A stretch of 63,928 nt of DNA, filler included, from Craspedostauros australis (Eukaryota), in the NCBI GenBank assembly GCA_030167865.1. It is 9 parts of 9 records of this genome, joined end to end, with 100 filler letters (N's around TTAATTAATTAA, not from the genome) between each part and the next. Parts side by side here need not be neighbours in the genome. Positions count along the whole stretch, not along the records: positions 56,328 to 61,494 come from JALAGF010001649.1; positions 61,595 to 62,810 come from JALAGF010001651.1; positions 62,911 to 63,928 come from JALAGF010001670.1; 6 more parts are not named here. The stretch is one strand, 5' to 3'. This document shows, piece by piece, positions 56,328 through 63,928 of the stretch. The stretch's first letter is position 1; every line of letters starts with the position of its first letter. The notes under the pieces are model-generated. The model saw only the letters and a program-made list of their open reading frames with translations. It was not told the DNA's origin and ran no database searches. A program made the translations under genes and the position numbers.

Positions 56328-58370
56328 TCGTCACACCCACCAACAGCATATTCGTGCCCAGACTGTCCATTCGAGGTGCTTCTCGGAAGAGGATACACCA
56401 GCATGGCCTTCGATGGAAACCAGCTCATGAATGGAGCCTGGCTTGATGATCAATACCCCTTCCTCGGCAAGATCCACTTCTGTGATAGCGCCACCGCCAT
56501 CGACCCACCTGGCGACATCAGCGTGCCAATTCAAGACCATGGGGCCTCGCCTCCGAGCGAGCGGTTTCCTCTTACACTATGTGCGGGCGACTGCGACAGC
56601 GACTCCGACTGCGCACTAGGCCTCATGTGCTTTCAGCGAGAACGTGGCGACGAAATTCCAGGCTGCGTTGGAGACTTGCGTGGGAACACCGATTTCTGCG
56701 TTTACAAGACCCGGACGCTTCAACCCACCAGCGTACCGACGACTGCGCCATCACCCGGACCCAGCTCATACCCGACCGCACCTCCGACAGCGTCTCCATC
56801 TGTGTCGCCAACCGCTCTTCCGACCAAACTTAGAAGTGCAGCACCAACTGGGTCTATCTCACCATCACACATGCCAAGCAATGCCCCAAGCGCAGGACCA
56901 AGCTCTGAACCCACTTCCGAGCCAACCTCAGCCCCCACCAAGTTGCCCAGTGCAGCACCAACTGGATCCTCCATGCCATCCTGGTCTCCAACAGAAACCC
57001 CAACAGCTGGGCCGACCGCAGGACCAACATCTGGACCAACTTCCGGACCGACATCTGGACCAACTTCGGCACCGACTGCAGCCCCCACGAAGCTGCCAAG
57101 TGCAGCACCAACTGGATCCTCCATGCCATCCTGGTCTCCAACAGAAACCCCAACAGCTGGGCCGACCGCAGGACCAACATCAGGACCAACTTCCGGACCG
57201 ACATCTGGACCAACATCAGGACCAACTTCCGGACCGACATCTGGACCAACTTCGGCACCGACTGCAGCCCCCACGAAGCTGCCAAGTGCAGCACCAACTG
57301 GATCCTCCATGCCATCCTGGTCTCCATCAGCAACCCCAACAGCTGGGCCGACCGCAGGACCAACATCAGGACCAACTTCCGGACCGACTGCAGCCCCCAC
57401 GAAGCTGCCAAGTGCAGCACCAACTGGGTCAAGCGTGCCATCGCAGTCTCCGTCAGCAACCCCAACAGCTGGGCCGACCACAGGACCAACCTCACGACCA
57501 ACCTCACGGCCAACCTCGTCGCCAACCTCGTCGCCAACCTCGCCGCCAACTTCATCACCGACCAGGCCCGAACCTGTCTTGCTCCCGCTCATCTCCTTCG
57601 GTGGATCTCCAGATCGCAGCCATTTCCCTCTCGGACGATGCGAGGGTGATTGTGATTCTGATGCAGACTGCCAGGGTGGCTTGGTCTGCTTCCAGCGCGA
57701 CGCGGGTGACAGCGTTCCAGGATGCACCGGGCTCGATCTCTCACGAACTGACTTCTGTGTGTTCGGACCTGCCACCGCATCGCCAACATCGACGCCAACA
57801 ACCCTGCCAACCAACTCGCCGACTTCTACCCCGACGATGCCGCCAACTGGAAAGCCAGTCGCTTCCTCGGCCCCAACAGCATCAGTTGCACCGACGCAGA
57901 CCGCGAGCGATTCTCCCAGCAGCCAACCCTCAGTGCCAACGTCGGCACCGTCTTCGAAACCAACTCCCTTGGAATCAATGCATCCGTCTGTCATGGCAAG
58001 CACGGATCCAACCTCAGCACCCACACCAATGCCAACGGTTACACAAAGTGAAAGCCCATCAACGACTATCATCTTACCAATCAAGGACTTTGGTGGGACA
58101 CCAGACGCCATTCACCGCCCGCTCGGACGGTGCGAGGGTGATTGCGATGCCGATGAGGACTGCAAAGATGGATTGGTGTGCTTCCAGCGCAACAAGGGCG
58201 ACATGGTGCCTGGATGTTACGGCAAGCTGGGAAGCAGGACCGACTTTTGTGTGCCGGAAGAATTGATCAACGGATATCCAATCGAGATCGAGGGCACCAC
58301 TGGTGTGAGGAAGATGTCCAGCATTCGAGGAAAGAAAGAAGGAAAGCCGTCTCGCCGCAAATGGAACTGA
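56328..58370 (+). CDS. Frustulin (diatom cell-wall glycoprotein), 5' truncated; three ACR domains with Pro/Thr/Ser-rich linkers
   Basis: C(A/E)GDCDxDxDCxxGLxCFQRxxGxxxPGC...TDFC occurs at ~56579, ~57638 and ~58130. Confidence 0.92.
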   Translation, partial: SSHPPTAYSCPDCPFEVLLGRGYTSMAFDGNQLMNGAWLDDQYPFLGKIHFCDSATAIDPPGDISVPIQDHGASPPSERFPLTLCAGDCDSDSDCALGLMCFQRERGDEIPGCVGDLRGNTDFCVYKTRTLQPTSVPTTAPSPGPSSYPTAPPTASPSVSPTALPTKLRSAAPTGSISPSHMPSNAPSAGPSSEPTSEPTSAPTKLPSAAPTGSSMPSWSPTETPTAGPTAGPTSGPTSGPTSGPTSAPTAAPTKLPSAAPTGSSMPSWSPTETPTAGPTAGPTSGPTSGPTSGPTSGPTSGPTSGPTSAPTAAPTKLPSAAPTGSSMPSWSPSATPTAGPTAGPTSGPTSGPTAAPTKLPSAAPTGSSVPSQSPSATPTAGPTTGPTSRPTSRPTSSPTSSPTSPPTSSPTRPEPVLLPLISFGGSPDRSHFPLGRCEGDCDSDADCQGGLVCFQRDAGDSVPGCTGLDLSRTDFCVFGPATASPTSTPTTLPTNSPTSTPTMPPTGKPVASSAPTASVAPTQTASDSPSSQPSVPTSAPSSKPTPLESMHPSVMASTDPTSAPTPMPTVTQSESPSTTIILPIKDFGGTPDAIHRPLGRCEGDCDADEDCKDGLVCFQRNKGDMVPGCYGKLGSRTDFCVPEELINGYPIEIEGTTGVRKMSSIRGKKEGKPSRRKWN
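56934..57560 (+). repeat. Coding tandem repeats in the frustulin linker (PTKLPSAAPTGSS.. units with a variable number of GPTS)
   Basis: Near-identical nucleotide units with nested 12-bp GGACCAACWTCN-type repeats. Confidence 0.85.
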
Positions 58371-60247
58371 GGCCGAGGAACATGGCCCAACACCAACCAA
58401 CAAGGATGCCGGTGACCGTGCAACCGCGTCCACCCCAGGAATGAGGGGAGCAATGGGTACAGGCGCAATGCCACACCTGATTCGTCGCTGGTAGACGAGG
58501 CATACCGCGCCAGTAGGAACTGCTGAAGACACGCTCGCCACCTTCAACCCCCCCCCCCCCCGTTTGATCAAATTATGCGAAGGTCGTCGTGGATCACGCA
58601 ACATGTAGCCGCACATGACAATTTCTGGAAGGATTTTGAGCATTGTGTGTCAACTTGTCTCAATCAAGGACAGTTAACGTATCGAAGTAGTAATCGTGAT
58701 ATAGTCGTAAGTGTACCGAAACACATCACGCTTTTCGTGGTCTGATCGAGCTGGCATCGAAGTTGGCGTGTCTACGTGTACGTAGATATTCACCCGCTTG
58801 CGTCTGCAACGATGCTGGTGCTGACGATTTTGTTGTTGACATCGTTGATACCCACGATGCCAAGGGTGGATTGCAGTGATATCTGTAGGCACGCATGATC
58901 ACATGATCGTGCTTGGAAGCAAGGTGAGGACACCAGCATCGCGCAGCTTGTTATGACGCATTTCATTGTCACGATGGGGAGAGACGCGGCGCAGCGCATC
59001 ACGGAGATTCGTCGACGCAGATTCAATTGGAGGATTCTGGCTCGTCTGCCGCCATGGGAATTCCGGATGGTAGAGTCCATAAAGTCTCAATTGAGTACGG
59101 TCCGAATGTACAATATGTAGTTTAGAACGTATGGGTGCACGTATTCCATATTACAGTTAATTGCCCAGGGAACAGGCCGCCTTGTTGGGGCTGACACAAT
59201 CGCCGACGTGATCGATGATGTACTTCGCTGTGTCACCTGCAACGCACAATTCTCGCTGTGCGCAGAGCTGGCGTTGCCTAGCCTTGTAGATGCTCTCCTT
59301 GATGGCAATATTGTCTGTTGGATCTCCGGCGTTGGCAAGATCACTGCAGGCATTTGTCTCTTGCAAGCATCTTTCTCGATGAACAAACTTCCTTCAACCT
59401 TCTCTCGAATCCATCATGCGCATGCCCGCAGGATGGATGCCTTCACCTTGCGTTGTGATGTGTGGAGCGTTGCCCCCATGGCATTGCTGCTGTTTCGCCC
59501 GATCAAAATGACAATGGCTTACTTCAGCCCGTGCCCTTGCCTGTTCCTTCGCTCTTGTTTATGCTCTCACTCTCACTCTCACTCTGGCTTTCGATCTTGG
59601 CTTTGTTCTGTGAATGCAGGAGTGTCATCAGAGAGAAACTCCACTCCACATCACAGCGGAGCCTGGGCGCATGTTTCCGTCAATCAGACTGGAATAGGCA
59701 TCATGCGCTGCAATTGTGCAGATATCTGGTGCCTTTTTTGGGAGATTAGAGCGAAGGATCGATGGAGAGATGGAGCAACCTCTGCATGGAGCACTCGTAC
59801 GCAGGGATTGATACGTTCGCACATTGCGTCGATCGTGTCTGGAATTGCCATTGAGTTCGTGTGGTTCTGCCGGCATACGTACCAGTAGAATGACTGGTGC
59901 CAACCTCGGAGCGTATCCCGTTGTGTTTCTTCGCTCTTGATCTTGCTTTCGACCTTGATCTTGCTTTCGACCTTGATCGTGTTCTGTGAGGGTCTCGCAG
60001 CATCAGGAGAGAGAGGCTCTTCACTTCACATCGCAGCGCAGCGGAGAGGAGTTCATGTTGCTGATTGTGGGCACCTGATTTGGTTTGTTGGTGGTTGGGA
60101 TGATAGATCCGAAACGAAACGATTGTGTCCGAAGGAGAGCGGAGTTGCGGCGATTACGAAGATACCACACCAAGCCAGCAACGATAGGAACACGATGGTA
60201 GAGTACGAGCTGGAACATGCTAGTATGTGTGACTGTGCATATGATGA

Positions 60248-61493
60248 TTAGAGTACTTCACAGGCAGATTGAAATGGCCCAGGGCAATCCGTGGCTGCGT
60301 CGTCGATTACGTACGTCTCATTGGCTGATGCACACAAGACGAGTGCGAATGCGCAACGGGAACAAGCGGCGGTTACTGTGCAGACTCCGGTTCTGATGAT
60401 GACGTCATTGGTTGCCGAAAAAATGCTGGCAATGCCACTGCATGTGCCAAAACCCGAGCAGGCACCAGCTTCGATGGTCATGCTTCCTGCAAATTTGATA
60501 TCTTGAGCCCTCCCACGAGTATGTGTCCTGGCGCAAGCGGATTCCCCTTGGCACGCATTCTTTCCGATGGAGACACTGGCCACAACTGGTGTCGTGGTTG
60601 TAGACCCTTGGTTGGTGCGATGTGCAATGGCAGTACATGCATCCCTTGTATCACATGCTCCTTCTTCTATTCGTATATCGCCAAAGGTGTTAAGTCCAAT
60701 ACCGTTGCAACTCGCGCCCGCGAGGCAAGCTCTTGGCCCGATCACCCTGAAACCGACTTGGGCACCAGCAGCTGGCTGATCTTCGAAGAAATTGCCCAAC
60801 CGAAAGCAAGAAGTTCCTCCTCTGCAACTGTCAAGTATGATGACTTCGCGACGTGCGAAGGCGCAAGCGGAACGCCCGATACATGACCCTGAGCTCACCG
60901 TGATGACACCCTCATCGATAGGATCAGTGAAGCAACTGAACTGATCAGTGCAGCATCTGCCATTGCACGCATTCGTCACCACAGTCCCACTTCCAGTGAA
61001 TAGTTTCAGGGTTGCCACTGTCTCCAGCAATGCCTTGGTCACACTTTCGTCATTCTTGATCTTATCAAAGCGTTCCTGCGCCACCTCCAACGTCACGGGC
61101 TGTGGAGGGTCTTCATCATTGCATCCAAAGATGCTCTTGATCATCTTGCTCTTCCCCTCATCAGTCAGAGCATTAACCATGGAGGCGAAGCCCGTGCATG
61201 TGCCTGTTGCACCATCGCACAATACATCACCAGTGATGAGATTGAACGTTGATGTGCCATTACCTGGTATTGAGAGACATCCAACAGTCAAGGATGCCGA
61301 TGTGGGAGCTGATGTCGGAGCCGATGTGGGGACAGATGTGGGTTCAACCGACACGGTAGGAAATGGGGTGGGAAAGAACGTCGGACACTCTGTTGGCAAG
61401 GTGTCCTTGGCAACGCAATACTCCTCCACCTTGTCACCTGTTGGAAGGAAGTTTGTGTCCCTGCCTCCCTTGGGACAAGCTTCCTCTGCATCA
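60248..61493 (-). CDS. Cys-rich, probably extracellular protein with a PT-rich stalk and (G/N)ACxGxxxC repeats; 5' part in the gap
   Basis: PTSAPTSAPT, then recurring SGSCIGRSAC, RACLAGASC, GACDTRDAC, NACQGESAC, GACSGFGTC, GVCTVTAAC. Confidence 0.7.
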
Positions 61494-63338
61494 CNNNNNN
61501 NNNNNNNNNNNNNNNNNNNNNNNNNNNNNNNNNNNNNNTTAATTAATTAANNNNNNNNNNNNNNNNNNNNNNNNNNNNNNNNNNNNNNNNNNNNCTCCAT
61601 TCTTGCTTCCTTCTTCCTTCCATCATGGCTTCAACAATGGTAGCGCCATGCTCTTGTTGATGCCTCCCTCATCTCTGCATGGCTCAGTTGGACGTGGTTC
61701 CCCTCATGTGGGATGACCTCAAGACTACCACTGACGGTGAATTCTACAATTTGCTCAACAGTGATGATGACTTGTTCCATGCCCAATTGGTGCATTGATG
61801 TGCCAATCTCGTCCATGTCCATGGCAGGTGGAAGCTTTGATCATGGTTTCATGCTTGTGGAGATGATGGCGACNANGATTGGGTNNCCAACTTCCAGGCC
61901 TGCAAGTTCNGCATGTATCTGCACCACTTCACCACTGTTCCAAGTGCCAATGGCATCACTCTGCCAACATGCATTGCGCCACCACCAGATCCCGCACTTG
62001 ATGCAGTTGACACCACTGCAGACAGTGATGCCAGGATTTCTAAGGCTCCTGCCAACAATGATGTCCCTCCGAATGAGGCTACCAATGTTGGAATGTGCAC
62101 ATGTGTATGTGCATCGCTCACTCATTGTTCTCTTATACTATATGCACAGACGGCGCAACTACATTCGTGTTGATAGTGAACTGTGATTGATCGAAATCAC
62201 ATCACGAATTCGGACACACAAAAACCACCAACATTTTGGGGAAATTTGTGAACAACCATTTATGAGAGCATAAGGAACATCGTCCGTCCATCCATCAACA
62301 AAACATGTGATATCGAGTCAGGCTTGATATATTTCCCAACTAAACCTCAAGTGACAACACCCTCACCAGACCACTGCATCATCAATGGAATCTGGAATCT
62401 GAAGGACCATGGAAGACAACAGCTGACATTGACAGGATGTCATCATGTCACCACATTGGCAGCTGTCTCCACATCAGATCAAGAAGGCAAAGATTCAATG
62501 GCCAAGCAATATCAAGATCGTAGATATACAAGGAGGAGTTTGGACAAAACATTGGCGAATACTCGCAGAGTAGTGGGCCAGTAGAGGACAAGACGGCTGA
62601 GCATGTGTCGAATACAGAGCACATATCGAGTATGCAATATTGCTTGTTGTGGACGCGAAATATCGAGAGAGAGAGAATACGAGTAATGGCGAGAGAGTAT
62701 CTAGTGTGCCAACTCATAGTCAGAGCGAGACACCAAGAGCATCAGAGGAGCAATGTCATGAAATAGCAATTGTCATCATAACAGCCATCACTGTCTTCCA
62801 CGATTGCAAGNNNNNNNNNNNNNNNNNNNNNNNNNNNNNNNNNNNNNNNNNNNNTTAATTAATTAANNNNNNNNNNNNNNNNNNNNNNNNNNNNNNNNNN
62901 NNNNNNNNNNCCTCCTGTACTATTCTTATAATATGTCGCTATTATGTATCTCGTTCAATTTGCACGATTTCGTTTCTTTGTATTGCGTCCATGAATAATA
63001 ATGCCCGCCGATCGGCTTTGAAGCCTGGCTTCCGCTGCAGCTCTTTGCGCTGCTTCCATTGCTTCATCGAGGTTGACTGCTGTGTGCCTGTTTTGGTGCT
63101 TCTGAAGTTTGTGGCATGGCGTTTGCATGCTTGAGATTCCTCACTGGTGTTTGATGGAGCNGCGTTTAAGACTGGTGGAGTGATGTTAGGGTTTGTTGGC
63201 GTCGAAATCCCTGCTGTGTTCGACTCTACAGATGAAGCATAGTCTTGATCGCTGTTGCTGTCGCTCTTGCTGTGGTTGTCGTTGTTTGGTAGATTGGTTC
63301 TTTCTTTCTTCTCCCGAGCAAACTGTGCTTTCACCTTC

Positions 63339-63928
63339 TCAGCCCAGTCCTCCCCTTCTGTGCGAGCGATGCGATGACAGCAGTTCTGGATGATGATAGC
63401 ATTGGCGCCCTTCGTTACGTTCATGAGAGCGACGGCGGGGGGATGCCACATTCTGTAACCATTCTTGCTTCTTTGGCTTGATGTATCCACATGCATATAT
63501 ATTGCATCCTGGACAAATCCATTTGGTTTGTGCATTGCACACAATACACGTACCCCTTCCCTCAGTGATGTACCTAGGGATGTGTGTTCCTTCTGTGATG
63601 TGTTTCTTCATTTTCTCTTCCTTGTTCGATTGCATCGTTGACACGGCACCAAGGATTCCTTTGATCTTCGAGGGTCATTGTGGTGAGCCTGCGGGTTGCA
63701 TCTCCCCATCGTTCACTGCAGATATTCCATCTGGTAGAACAATTGTCTTGTGGATCACCTTCTTCTTCCCAGTCTTCTTCTTGTGCTGCTTGTTCCCATT
63801 GGCAACCGCAATGTCCAACAGCTTCCACAGTCATTCGATGATCGCAGAGATAGATCATTTGAAGCTCCAGTCATGGTTCACCCTGTTGCAATAGTGTTCG
63901 ATGGTATCATCAGGTTGCACTTGGGATC
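63339..63928 (-). pseudogene. Possible piggyBac-type transposase C-terminal remnant (Cys-rich zinc ribbon)
   Basis: THIP...GRGTCIVCNAQTKWICPGCNIYAC matches the H-x-P...R-x-x-C-x-x-C...T...C-x-x-C-x-x-x-x-C pattern of the piggyBac CRD. Upstream frames are interrupted. Confidence 0.45.

Noticed and set aside
56720..58111. Long antisense and alternative-frame ORFs over frustulin (also over the nucleoporin, ABCG and gag)
   Set aside because: Shadow ORFs caused by repetitive, GC-rich codon usage on the true coding strand.
58674..59890. Collinear short minus-strand ORFs suggesting a pseudogene
   Set aside because: No recognisable motif in any frame, so a call cannot be supported.
61595..62810. 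Coding region in the small contig with ambiguous bases
   Set aside because: Only short, interrupted ORFs and low-quality bases; probably repeat debris.

Overview
Eukaryotic nuclear DNA, almost certainly from a diatom: it has a frustulin with ACR domains, ASAFAP-type bipartite plastid presequences and GT-AG introns. The window is a scaffold of short contigs joined by N-gaps, most carrying an artificial TTAATTAATTAA linker. Host genes are a maltose O-acetyltransferase, an ABCG transporter with an EF-hand, an SGNH-fold membrane protein, a Top6B-like GHKL protein, a large modular LRR membrane protein, an FG-nucleoporin, a flavin reductase, two DnaJ copies, an NFACT-R protein, plastid rubredoxin, an SLC35F transporter, cyclin H, a frustulin and a Cys-rich protein. 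The main feature is an apparently intact 8.5-kb tyrosine-recombinase (DIRS/PAT-like) retrotransposon at 36597-45098 (minus strand). Its gag and pol are in the same frame, separated by a single TGA followed by a strong hairpin. The ATG-less N-terminus of pol resembles a degenerate C5-cytosine DNA methyltransferase, in addition to the usual DIRS MT-like domain after RNase H. The element's 3' region contains many hairpins. Decayed Sola-like and piggyBac-like DNA transposon remnants are also present. All calls come from reading motifs by eye; no database searches were run.
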